Assembly (NCBI RefSeq): GCF_009914755.1
Contig: NC_060935.1
Strand: one strand, 5' to 3'
DNA from: the human T2T-CHM13v2.0 reference genome, Homo sapiens
Length of the DNA stretch: 64,000 nucleotides
Shown: positions 1 through 11,383 of the stretch, one piece after another
Layout: each line of letters starts with the position of its first letter
How positions within the stretch are numbered: the first letter of the stretch is position 1
The notes under the pieces: generated by a model
Database searches by the model: none
Seen by the model: only the letters and a program-made list of their open reading frames with translations
Told to the model about the DNA's origin: nothing
Position numbers and translations under genes: made by a program

Positions 1-1
1 T

Positions 2-3000
2 ACAGTAATAGATTTAAAAGATGCCTTCTGGGCTTGTCCGTTAGCAGAGGACAGCCAGGATGTATTTGCCTTTGAGTGAGAAGACCCTCAGTCCGGTCGA
101 AAATAGCAATGCCGATAGCCTTACCCCCAAGGGTTTACAGTCTCCAAATTTATTTAGTCAAATATTAGAACAAGTCATTTAATTAGCAAAGGTAAATGGA
201 AAATTGAGCTTGAACGGATTGAAGGCATCATATCCTTGCCTTTGCCAGAGACTAAACAAGAACTTAGAAAAGTTTAGGATTAGTCGGGTACTGTCATCTT
301 ATGGATAGACTCTTATGCCCTAAAAACAAAACCCTGATACAAAAAGCTCACGCAAGATGGGCCAAAACCCCTCATTTGGCAATTACCAGAAATCCAACAG
401 GTAGAAAGGTTAAAACATCTGTTAGTAACTGCCCCTGTCCTAGCTTTACCCTCCTTAAGCAGCCATTCCATCTTATTGTCACTGTAAACAAGAGTGTAGC
501 CTTAGAAGTACTTACCCAAAAGCACGGAGGCCACTGACAACCCGTAGCCTTCCTATCAAAAATCTTTAACCCAGTAACCCACGGATGGCCCAAATGCATT
601 CAATCTGTAGCGGCAACTGCTTTGCTAACAGAATAAAGTAGAAAAATAACTTTTGGAGGAAACCTCGTTGTGAGCACACCTCACCAGGTCAGAACTATCC
701 TAAGTCGGAAAGCAAAAAGGTAGCTTACTGACTCAAGAATCTTAAAGTATGAGGCTATTCTGTTAGAAAAAAGATGCTTTAACATTAACCACTGATAATT
801 TGCTTAACCCAGCAAGTTTCCAAACAGGGGATCCAAATCTAAAGAGAGAGCACACATGTTTAGATTTAACTGATTATCATACAATGGTCCAACTAGACCT
901 AGGAGAAACTCGCTTCAGGATGGAATGACACTTATTTATAAATGGTTCCTCCCAGGTGGTTGAGGGAAAAAGACACAATGGGTATTAAGTAATTGATAGA
1001 GAAACTCTTACAGAAATAGAGTTAGGAAAATTGCCTAACAATTGGTCTGCTCAAACGTGTGAGCTGTTTGCATTCAGCCAAGCCCTAAAGTACTTACAGA
1101 ACCAGGAAGGAACCATCTATACCGATTCTAAGTACACCTTTGGAGTGGCTCATACATTTGGAAAAATTTGGACTGAATGAGGTCTTATTAATAGCAAAGG
1201 CCAAGACCTGGTCCGCAAGGAATTAATCACCCAAGTATTACATAACTTTCAATTGCCAAAAGAAATAGCTATTGTCCATGTTCCCAGACACTAGAAAAGC
1301 CTTCCTTTTGAAAGTCGAGGAAATAACCTAGTAGATCAGATAGCCAAACAGGCTACTGTTTCTTAGCTGTACAACTGGCCTGCTTTGCAGCTAGGACACA
1401 TGGAGTTAAATGCTACAATAAGCCAGACCTTATCCGAACTTCTGTTAGGTCCTAGGCTCTACACCTAGCACATAATTAAAATCCCAAACTTACAAGGTTT
1501 TCAACAAAAGTAAAGTTTGCTAAAGTTTGTTACAGTGTAACATGTATTATCTTAACTTCTAATCTTGGGGCCTTAGGCAGTCTAGTCCACAGACATGAAG
1601 GAAGTTTGCTTTGGGAAAGAATGTTTATCATCTTTGACATTAAAAAAGGAGAATTTATGTAAAAAGAATTTTATATGGTAAATTCTTGTCCTAAAGTAAA
1701 TTAACTGTTGTTTAAAGAAAGGAATGTTTACAACAAGTCAGAAAGTTAAGACATGTCAAAGATTGTCTGTGAAAGTCGTGAAAAATGTTATAAAAGGGAA
1801 TTTATGCAAGAAATGTTCTATAATTTAAAAGTAATTAGGTCTCCTGAATGTAAAACTATTGAAGAAATAGTTTATGTGCAAGGTGTGTAAGGAAAGTAAA
1901 ATATACTTTTGGTAACAGCATTATAAGGAGGCATAAGAATGTGGATTTTTACCTACATTAAAAGGTTAAAAAATTGTTTTGAAGGTTTAAGCAAGTTTTG
2001 AAACGTTAATTGTAAAGAAAATTCTGTGTGTAAACATATTGGCTAAAGTTAAAAGGATATCATCCAGTTTTTCTGTAAACCGGACATTAAAATAAAAGCA
2101 CAACTGGTTTTTCTTAAAGCACTAACCTGATCTTTAACAAAAATGATAAAGGGTTAAAAAGAGTCTATAAAAATCTTACCTTATGGTCAGACATTAAAAT
2201 TGGATAAATGTGTCTACAAGGTTTTATTAAAATTGAGTTTAACATTAATAGCACACTTATATAAAGGTGAAATTTAGCTTATCTGGTATAAAATCATACA
2301 GGAAGCACTGTCAAATATAAAATGGTGTTTGGCTTTCTTTGGTCTAAAAACTAGTAAAAACAGGTGCTAAAGAGAATTCAGAAGGAAAATGGATATTGCC
2401 AGACCAGAGAGAAATGTTATCCAAATCCCTTATAAGGGAAATCTTGTTCCAGCTGCATCAAGGGACCCTTTGGGGGCCCCAAGCCATGTGTGACGGAGTC
2501 CTCAGAGTTTATGCGTGCATAGAAATTTATACCCTGGCCAAAGGGGTTACAGACAGTTTGCTCAGTATGTAAGAAAACCAATAAACAAACTTAAAAAGAT
2601 TATCCCTTGGGAGAAGGAGTCCAGACTTAAGGCCATTCCAAAGTATCCAGATTGATTACACAGAGATGACTCCAATTGGTCATCCAAAGTATTTATTAGT
2701 AATAGTAGATCATCTTACTCACTGGGTAGAAGCTACTCCTTTTTCAAGTACAACCGCTAATAATGTAGTCAAGGCATTAGTTGAAAATATTATACCCAGG
2801 TTTAGATTGATAGAAAACATTGATTCAGATAATAGGACTCATTTCAGTGCACATGTCATTAAGAAATTAGCCCAGGTACTGGAAATAACATGGGAATATC
2901 ATACTCCCTGGCACCCACCTTCATCAGGAAGAGTGGAAAGAACGAACCAAACTATAAAAAAGCCACCTAACCGAATTAGTCTTAGAGACTCAGTTGCCAT

Positions 3001-3470
3001 GGACTAGATGCCTCCCCATTGCCCTGTTGAGAGTCCGAACTACTCCTCGGAGAGATGTTGGTTTATCCCCTTATGAAATGTTGTATAGGTTCCCTGTTTG
3101 CTCTCCACTGCTGACATTCCCATGTTCAACACAAAAGATCAGTTTCTCAGAAATTATATACTTGGTTTATCTTCCACCTTCTCTTCCCTCAGAACTAAAG
3201 GTCTTTTAGCACAGGCGCCACCCCTAGCGTTTCCAGTACACAAACATCAGCCTGAGGACCACATCCTCGTCAAAAGTTGGAGGCAAGGAAAACTCAAACC
3301 TGCTTGGGAAGGACCCTACCTAGTGATTCTAACCACCGAGACTGCAGTTAGAACAGCAGAAAGAGGATGGACTCATCACACCTGGCTCAAAAGAGCACCA
3401 CCCCCTCCAGAATCATGGACAGCTATTCTAGGGCCAACTCCAACCACGCTAAAGCTAAAATGGGGTTTGA
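2..3470 (+). pseudogene. pol: ERV pol pseudogene (RT, RNase H, integrase) with stops, frameshifts, deletions and a ~1-kb insert
   Basis: Translations: TVIDLKDAFWACPL and LPQGFT..SPNLF (RT); SAQTCELFA, IYTDSKY, RGNNLVDQIAK (RNase H); YLLVIVDHLTHWVEA, IDSDN, HTPWHPPSSGRVERTNQ (IN core, ORF 2666-3007); WEGPYLVILTTETAVRT (IN C-terminus). Confidence 0.92.
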
Positions 3471-5427
3471 TCCCCTTATATTGCATCTTTTTCTTTTCCC
3501 CTTCCATTGCTAGTCCTCTCATTATTAATGTAACTAGGTCAAGTTCACCCCAAACTATTACTTTTGATGTCTGCCTTGTGATGCCCTGTGGAGATTTGCC
3601 AAATCAGAGGCAACTCTCCACTTCAGAAAAGTATCTTTATCCTTCCTAGCTCTCCTCAGACTGGAAATCTGTTAACTGGGATAAGTTAGTTTGGGAAGAG
3701 TTTGACGAAGATTCCAGTATAAACTGCAAATCTTGTCCTCCTAGAGCAGAGCTTCTCTGCTGAAGTTGGTCCAATGATCTACAAAATACTAAAGAGCAAG
3801 GATGGACCACCCCAACAAGTACCTGCAGTTTCTTAAAACCATATATTCATTTCACTAAAGGAGTTACCCATCCCCATGGTCAGCTGAACCAATGTAATCC
3901 AGTACAGATGACCATCTCTGCTCTCCAGAGTTCTTCCCCTTCATTAAGCCATTTCTATGGTCTAGCAGCAGAAGTCTCAGGGAAGGACCCCATAGGATCC
4001 TTTGAAATGCACTTCATTGACTCCTCACTTCCTGCATCCCCTTCTCCCTCTCCTAAGTTCTCTGCTAACCAGATCTTCTCTCATTATATACCCAATGATA
4101 AAACCAAAGTAGCTGTTGTAGAGGTTAAAGATCTAAAACAAACTATAGCAATTGGAACAGGGTATAAGGACACAAATGCTTGGCTGGAATGGATTAAATA
4201 TTCTGTTTGCACACTTAACAAAAGCAACAGTTACGCTTGTGTGACAGGCAGGCCAGAGACCCAAACTGTCCCCTTTCCACTTGGGTAGTCCTCTCATGGA
4301 CCGGGCATGAGCTGTATGGTAGCTCTCTTCCAGAACCCCACAGCCTGTGGCGATGAGTCATGCAAGATTCTTTCACTGCTGTTCCCTGAGGTCAAGAGCC
4401 CTGCAGATCAGCCCCTGAGGGCCATCCAGCCTCTAGCCTCCGATGTTAACTTCACCTCTTGCCTTTCATGGCAGGGGGAAATGTTAGCATTCCTTGGAGA
4501 CTTAACAAGGTGCAGTGAAACCAAGCCTTTTCAAGAGCTTGCCAATCAATCTGCCCTTGTTCATTCCTGAGCAGATGTGTGGTGGTATTGCGGGGGACTA
4601 CTTCTGGGTACTCTGCTAAGTAATTAGAGCAGCACTCGTGCTCTAATCCAATTGGCCATCCCTTTCACCCTAGCATTCCGTCAACAAGATAAAAAATAAA
4701 ATCATAAAAGAAGTAGTGCGTCACGTGGGTCGTTTGACCCCCATGTTTATATAAACACTATTGGAGTTCCACGAGGAGTACCAGATGAATTTAACGCCCG
4801 AGATCAAATAGCTGCAGGATTTAAGTCAATATTTTAGTGGGTGACAATTAATAAAAACGTAGATTGGATAAATTACATCAATTATAATCAGCAGCAGTTT
4901 ATTAATTACACCAGGGATGCTGTCAAAGGGATAGCAGAATAATTGGGGCCCACTCGCTAGATGGCCTGGGAAAACAGAATGGCCCTAGATATGATATTAG
5001 CTGCAAAAGGTGGTGTTTGTGTTATGATTAAAACTCAGTGTTGTACCTTTATCCCAAACAACACTGCCCTGACTAGGAGTATAACAAGGGCCTTACAAAG
5101 ACTTACTGCTTTATCCAATGAACTAGCTAAAATTCTGGAGTTGGAAACCCTTTCTCAGAGTGGCTAGAAAGGTGGTTTGGTAAGTGGAAAGAAATCATAG
5201 CCTCAAGTCTTACTTCTCTTGTAGCCGTAATAGGTGTACTCATTCTTGTTGGGTGTTGTGTCATACCATGCATCCGTGGGCTAGTACAAAGACATATAGA
5301 AGCAACACTTACTAAAACTTCCTTTAGCTCTCCTCCACCCTATTCAGATCAGCTTTTTCTTGTAGAGGATTAAGTCAAGCAGCAGAGCCAAGACATGTTT
5401 AAAAAGTTTGAAGAGGAAGTACTCTGA
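3415..5427 (+). pseudogene. env: ERV env pseudogene (SU+TM)
   Basis: Signal-peptide-like LIPLYCIFFFSPSIAS, LIINVTRS..ITFDVC; IGVPRGVPDEFNARDQIAAG; immunosuppressive-domain-like WENRMALDMILAAKGG; CX6CC (CVMIKTQCC); hydrophobic TM segment near 5195-5270; multiple in-frame stops. Confidence 0.9.
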
Positions 5428-5432
5428 AAATT

Positions 5433-5445
5433 GAAAGGGGGGAAA
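5433..5445 (+). other. Retroviral polypurine tract
   Basis: GAAAGGGGGGAAA between the env stop and the LTR start. Confidence 0.8.
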
Positions 5446-5446
5446 T

Positions 5447-5962
5447 CGTAGGATACAATAAATTCGTCTTCAAAGGTTTTAGCCTGTTAAGTACAATGAG
5501 TTTTGAGATCCTCTCCAAAGAACCAATGTATCAGTATATTCAGCTCCCCTATTCTTTGTTCTTCATTTTAAAGTTTAACTTCCTTGTTCTTTACATCTCC
5601 TTGCCCCTAGTTTCAGTAAACAACTACCTCCTAGCCCCTACCACCTGCTCTGACCTTAGTCATCCTTGGTCACCTGCTCTGTTCTTAGTCATCCTGAGTC
5701 ACCTGTTCTGTAACCATCCTTCCCACCAAACTACTCACCCTGACACTCTGGCTCGTACCCCTGCTCTCTTTAAAACAGCCAATCAGAATTAGCTTAGACT
5801 GTGCAGTCCAACCCTAGCCAATAGGGGAATGACACAGCAGTAGGGACTACCTGTGTCAGGGCTAAGAACCCCTTCCCCTCCCTTGTTCAGGTGTGCTCTC
5901 ACCATTGTTCCACCGGTGAGATGCACCCTTCTATAGAAGTAATATTGCCTTGCTGAGAAAAT
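5447..5962 (+). mobile_element. 3' LTR, LTR10 family (LTR10B-like), apparently lacking its 3' end
   Basis: Begins (T>C)GTAGGATACAATAAATT right after the PPT; two CCAAT boxes (~5779, ~5818); 29-bp internal tandem repeat; recognisable similarity stops at TTGCCTTGCTGAGAAAAT. Confidence 0.75.
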
Positions 5963-6629
5963 GTTTTTAAAAAAGGATACTAGAAAGGCTTCCTGTTCCC
6001 AAAACATCTCCTCCATTCTCTTCCTAAAATGCCACAGCTAGAGTCATTTAGATGAGGCAGTTGGGATCTAATTTTGACTCTTGAAACATCAGAAAATTGT
6101 ATAATGGGGAGGAGATGGATATGATGAAATACAGAAATAAATAATTGCATAACAGAGACAACAAAATGAGAATAAAACAGAAAGAATGTGAAAACAGTTA
6201 AATAAAACAGACACAAAAAATTAAGGTCTGCACTTAGTCTGATGGGATAGTTAATATAGTAATCAAATTACTATAGTTTTAGAAGGTAACCTGCCCATAT
6301 CTACTAAGATCCATCATACATTCATAATAACAAGTAACAATGATTTAAATTCTATACGATCACAGCACAGAGAAGTCAAGAAAGCTGCCCCAAACCACAC
6401 AGCCAGCTGGGATTGATCCCAGGTGGTCTGTTTCCAGAGCCCATGCTCAGCATCTATACTCTGTGCTTTTGATGGTCTTTGACCTAATAATGCTACCCTT
6501 AGAGATTTATTTCAAGAAATAAATCCAAACCTAAAACAAAAAAAGCCAATGGTTCACACCAGCATATCTGAAACAAACAAGCAAAAAACTAGTTATAAAC
6601 TAGATATAAAAGGAACTATGAAGTATTAA

Positions 6630-6850
6630 TAATAACCACCCCTATTCACTGAGCACATATCCTTTCATACTGGGCACTGTTCCTTACGTATACCTGTTTA
6701 TCTCATCCTCACAGCAGATGATCTTCCACACATTATCAATGAAGAAATGAAGGCTCAGGAAGGTTAAGTCACCTGCCGAGGTTCATAGAGCAAGTAAGTG
6801 ACAGAGCAAGAATTGAATTCAGGCTAATTCTAAACACTCTGTTTTCAACC
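6630..6850 (-). mobile_element. MIR SINE
   Basis: MIR core in antisense: AAATGAAGGCTCAGGAAGGTTAAGTCACCTGCCGAGGTTCATAGAGCAAGTAAGTGACAGAGC. Confidence 0.75.
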
Positions 6851-7304
6851 TTCACTTGTCTTGTCTGTAAGAGCACTGAAGAGTGTTCCCATCTTTCCCA
6901 ATCTTGGCCTAGTGGTAACTGACTAAAAATACCTTAAGCAGAAAATTTAGACAGGTAGGGCTTTGGGCAAAACAGAATTACAACCAGTCCTTGCAGGTCA
7001 CTTCCACTCTCCAGAGGCAGAGTCATGGACATTCCCCTGTGTCCCAGCAGGGCTTTCCTGTACTTTTCTGCAACTATGTACAGGGAATTTTCTGTGTCAG
7101 CAGGTATGGAGAACGGTAACGTTTGCAGTGAAAATCCCTGGTGGATAGCAAGAACAGGGCTGAATCAAATAATCAAGAGGAGAATAGAAGAGAAAAGAAG
7201 AGAAAAGAGAAGAGAACAGAAGAGGCATCTACCCTTCTGATCCTTAAGGAGAGCCATGTTTTTCCAGTCTCTGTCATTCTGAATGTATGGGGAGAACTTA
7301 GCAA

Positions 7305-7425
7305 AGGGTTGCCAGATCTAGCAATTAAAAAAACAGGAGGCCCAGCTAAATTTGAATTTCAGATAAACAATGATTTTTTTTTTAGTATAAGTACATCCCA
7401 TGCAACATTTTATCTGGCAATCCTA
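7305..7425. mobile_element. MER53 MITE, internally deleted
   Basis: Terminal inverted repeats AGGGTTGCCAGAT / ATCTGGCAATCCT; internal AAATTTGAATTTCAGATAAACAA..TAGTATAAGTA typical of MER53. Confidence 0.75.
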
Positions 7426-7524
7426 AGTGGACACTGTTTTTATTTTGTAAAAATGGGACTTCCACTTTCAGGTCATTTGTCTCCATGACATTGCCCTGTG
7501 ATATTTAGCTTTCAAGCCTGATTT

Positions 7525-7655
7525 CCTCATTCAAAGGGCAGGGGTGATGTCTTACTCCTTAACTTCACCTCTGTGCCTAGCAAAGGGCCTGACACACAAT
7601 ATGCATTCACTAAATTCATTTCAACCCTAAATATATGTCAAAATGAATGAATGAC
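7525..7655 (+). mobile_element. L2 LINE 3' end
   Basis: GGGCAGGG..GTGCCTAGCAAAGGGCCTGACACACAA..GAATGAATGA. Confidence 0.6.
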
Positions 7656-7813
7656 AGAGAAATGTACAATGTACAATTATAGAGTGGATTATGTATAGAT
7701 AGATAATGTATTATTTCAACATCTCTCGGAAAGATGATGTCCTCTAGGAAAACTTCCCATATCTGTATTAGAGTTCTTCAGAGAAACAGACCAATAGGAT
7801 GGAGAGATATATG

Positions 7814-7815
<2 letters not shown>

Positions 7816-7864
<49 letters not shown>
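7816..7864. repeat. (CA)n microsatellite
   Basis: About 24 uninterrupted CA/AC units. Confidence 0.95.
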
Positions 7865-7866
<2 letters not shown>

Positions 7867-7917
7867 TGGACGATGGGTGGGGCGGGGGGGTATCTATTAT
7901 AAGAAATTGGCTGACAT

Positions 7918-8211
7918 GGCCAGGCTCAGTGGCTCATGCCTGTAATCCCAGCACTTTTGGAGGCTGAGGTGGGAGGATTGCTTAAGCTCAGGAGTTTGAG
8001 ACCAGCCTGAGAAACATAGTGAGACGTTGACTATAAAAAAGTAAAAATTTAGCTGGGCATGGTGATGCATGTTTGTAGTCCCAACTACTTGGGAGGCTGA
8101 GGTGGGAGGACTGCTTGAGCCTGGGAGGTTGAGGCTACAGGGAGCCCTGATTGCACCACTCCAAGCCTGGGCAACAGAGCGAGACACTGTCTCAAAAAAA
8201 GAAGAAGAAAA
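7918..8211 (+). mobile_element. Alu (AluJ-like)
   Basis: Dimeric Alu with A-tail; target-site duplication GAAATTGGCTGAC on both sides. Confidence 0.92.
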
Positions 8212-9657
8212 GGAAATTGGCTGACGTGATTTTGGAGATTGACAAGTTCCAAGATCTGCAGTAAGCAAGCTGGAGACTCAGAAAAGCCACTGATAGTTTT
8301 AGTCCAAGTCTGAAGGTTCAAGATCCAGGAGAGCCAGTGGTGTAGTTCCAGCCAAAAGGTCAGCAGGCTTGAGACCCAGAAACAGCCAATACTTCATTTG
8401 GAGTCTGAAGGCAAGAAAAAAACAATGTACCAGCTCAAAAGCAGTCCAACAAGAGAAATCCCCTCTTGTTCGTGGAGGGTCAGCCTTTTTGTTTTATTAA
8501 GGCTTCAATGGATTGCGTGGAGTCCACCCACAATAGGGAGGCCAATCTGCTTTATTCAGTCAAATGCTATTCTCATTCAAAAACATCCTCCCAGACACAC
8601 ACAAAATAATGTTTAACCAAATATCTGAGCACCCTATGGCCCAGTCAGGTTGACGCATAAAATTAACCATCACACCATCCTCAAACAGAATTAGTCATTC
8701 CATGTGGGCTCACGTAAAAGGGCTTATATTTAAGGATAGATATGAGGCACTGGTCTAAGCACTTTAAAGTTATTAGCAGCAATTTCAGTTTGGCTATCAT
8801 TATTCTTCTACTTTAAGGCTCTTCCAGTCTTTTTGACCCTTCTGCATGCTCCTATGATGGCTACAAGTCTATGCCACACCTTACTGTAAGCACCTCCAAA
8901 ACAGAAATGTAGTGCCTGGCATGAAATAAAGCCTCAACTAAGAATTATTTTAAAAAATTTTTTTGTTTATCCTCTTTTCTGAGCATTGCTTTTGTAGATA
9001 GGATGCATTTGGTTCAGCTATCCTGTTAGAATTTACAAATGTGTTCTCCTGAACATAAAGAACAGACAGAATGCCCCGAAGACATGCCAGTTCTCTGAGT
9101 GGCAGAGGAGAATCATGGTCTGGAAACCTCAGTCTGTGCAAGTGGCTGCCAGATCCTGCCACTGGAATGGAAAATCATTGTCCTTATTTCATAGATGTGA
9201 CTTCTAAAATGATACACCCCAACCCTCTTGGTACCTGCAAAGATGTCTTCATTCATGGGAGACTCTATATGGTAATTTGGACCTTTGCTTTCCTCTCTCT
9301 AAAACCCTCCTCCATGACCCACAATAGGGCTTGAATTCTAATCAACAATCACACATTAATGACTGGAGGTGTAATCCATGAACCACCTAAGTCTGAAAAT
9401 CTGAGGGATTATTAAAAATACGGATACATAGGCTCAAACCCAAAAATGTCATATCAAAATGTCTGAGGAAGGAAATCTTCATTTTACAAGCTCCCAAGTG
9501 ATTCTTACGTCCTCTAAGGTCTGAGATTCAGAGCTTTAGAATTTTTAAAATGCCTTCATATTATTATATATATTATCCCTTTTAATCCTCATGTCAATGC
9601 TTATATTAGCCTTGCTATTATTAGCTTCATTTTACAGATTAAGAAAATAGAGACATT

Positions 9658-10077
9658 GTATTAATTTCCTAATTATAACAAACGTAGTGGGTTAAAACAA
9701 TAATCATATTCTCTTACAAGTCTGGAGGCCAGACATCTAAAATCAGTCATTCAGGGCTAAAATCAAGGTATTAGTAGGACTGGTTCCTTCTGGAGACCTC
9801 AGAGGAGAATCTACTCTTTGCTTCTTTCAACTTCTAGAGACTGACCTGGCTTGTGGCTACATCACTCCAATCTGCTTCCTTCTTCACATGGCCTCCCTCT
9901 TATAAGCATTCCTGTGATTACATTGGGCACACATACATAATCCATGATGATTCCCCCATCTCAAGATCCTGCTGTTATCACATCGGCAAAGTCCCTTTTG
10001 CCATATAAGATAATATTTACAGGTTCTGGGAATAAGAATGTGAGTATCTTTGGAAATCATCTATTCAGCCTACCATA
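9658..10077 (-). mobile_element. MLT1 (MaLR) solo LTR inserted into a MIR
   Basis: TGTATT..TCTGGAGGCCAG..AAATCAAGG..GATTACATTGGG..ATTCAGCCTACCATA; MIR halves at ~9560-9655 and ~10080-10150. Confidence 0.75.
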
Positions 10078-10534
10078 GGCACTAAGTGACTTGATGAGAT
10101 CCATAGTTGGTGAATGGCAGAGCAAGAATATGAACTAAGAACTTTTGTTTTCAAATTGAAATTAACATGTTAAATCCTATTGTTCATTGACATTATTGAG
10201 CAGTGACTGGTTTCTCAAATTGCCTTCTGTCAACTAATTCAATCAGGAACTTGAATTGATTGGATGCACGACAGGATAATTCAGAGCATAAAGAAAGGCT
10301 ATACCTAGGTGGAATACTACAGTGAGAACCCTTGGCTTTCACAGGGCACCTTGCAGAGCACATCTGGAAGGATGAAGAGAACGGAGAACTACTGAAACCT
10401 TTGGCTAATCTGAGGCAGGACTCAAATGCAATGCTGCCAGCCTGTAGAACTTTTGCAATTACTGGAGATAAGCCCTATTCAAACTCCCAGTTGGAGCATT
10501 TATGGATACCCAGGGCTACACAAGAGGGCTTATA

Positions 10535-10692
10535 TTCTTGCTACTCAAACTGTGGGCCCAGAACAGTAGCACCAGCAGCACCTTGTTAGAATGCAGGACC
10601 TCAGGCCCTGCCCCAGACCAGCTGAATCAGAATCCCCATTTTAACAAGATCCCCAGGTGATTTGCATACACATTAAATCTTGCAACATCTCG
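10535..10692. mobile_element. MER5A-like hAT-Charlie MITE
   Basis: GCTACTCAAACTGTGG..TGAATCAGAATC..TTTTAACAAGATCCCCAGGTGATT. Confidence 0.8.
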
Positions 10693-11356
10693 GCCTTATC
10701 ACAGCCTACTGCCTCCATGTACATGGGACAGTGGAGCTGCTTTTACATCCAGGCCCACGGAACCATTCTCAAAGGGATCCTGTAAACTCTGAACAGCCTG
10801 ACTGAGGTAAAGCATAGAGCAAAGCTCTGAGACAAAAAGACCTCAAGGTTATTTGCTATACAGAATTGGGGTAGATACTAGTTCATGAAAAGAAACAATT
10901 CCAAGCCAGAGAGGACAAGAGTCAAGGCCATCCTTTGAATATAACTTCCATTCAATTTAAGAAACCTGGAAAACATCCAAGTATGATCTTAGGGCTATAG
11001 TCATGAAATGCTAAAAGCCACTGCTGGGTCAGAATAAACTGAAAAGAAGCATAAATGTCACCTGAATAGAATATAAGAATGTATGTCATCCAAAGGTTAG
11101 TATATTAATGGAATTGAAGATGTAAAGTACAAGAAGTCATTATGGTACTTTATTCAATTATTTTTAGAAAAATCGGTTACTAAAGCCAAGGCAGAAAAAG
11201 TTGTATATGAATTGTGTTCTGATTTGGTTAAGCCAGACTTGGATACATTTATTATTCAATAAGGCAAACATTTATTGAATCCTCCTGTGTGCCAGGTACA
11301 GTGGGTATAAAAATAAACAAGACATAATATTTGTTCTCAAGAAATTCACAGAAGAA

Positions 11357-11383
11357 ACACACACACACACACACACACACACA
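11357..11383. repeat. (CA)n microsatellite
   Basis: About 13 AC units. Confidence 0.9.

Larger units (their letters stand above)
1..5962 (+). mobile_element. Defective class I (gamma-like) endogenous retrovirus, HERV-I/HERVIP10 family; 3' half (pol-env-PPT-3'LTR), 5' part outside the window
   Basis: Decayed RT, RNase H, integrase and env motifs in retroviral order, then a polypurine tract (5433-5445) and an LTR10-like LTR. Confidence 0.9.
7764..8674 (-). mobile_element. MLT2 (ERVL) solo LTR, interrupted by a (CA)n repeat and an Alu
   Basis: Ends TGTATTAG..CAGAGAAACAGACCAATAGG and CCAGTCAGGTTGACGCATAAAATTAACCATCACA. Confidence 0.85.

Noticed and set aside
3415-5427. Possible domesticated (syncytin-like) env gene
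   Set aside because: Multiple in-frame stops and frameshifts; the longest pieces are 126, 87 and 68 aa, and the furin site is degenerate.
5642-5716. 29-bp repeats as a CRISPR-like array
   Set aside because: The units are head-to-tail with no unique spacers and lie inside a retroviral LTR in eukaryotic DNA.
7897-8321. Alu-derived ORFs (also at 23273, 29915, 31655, 36354, 41109, 46811, 50879)
   Set aside because: Typical Alu translations (for example [16 protein letters not shown]), not genes.
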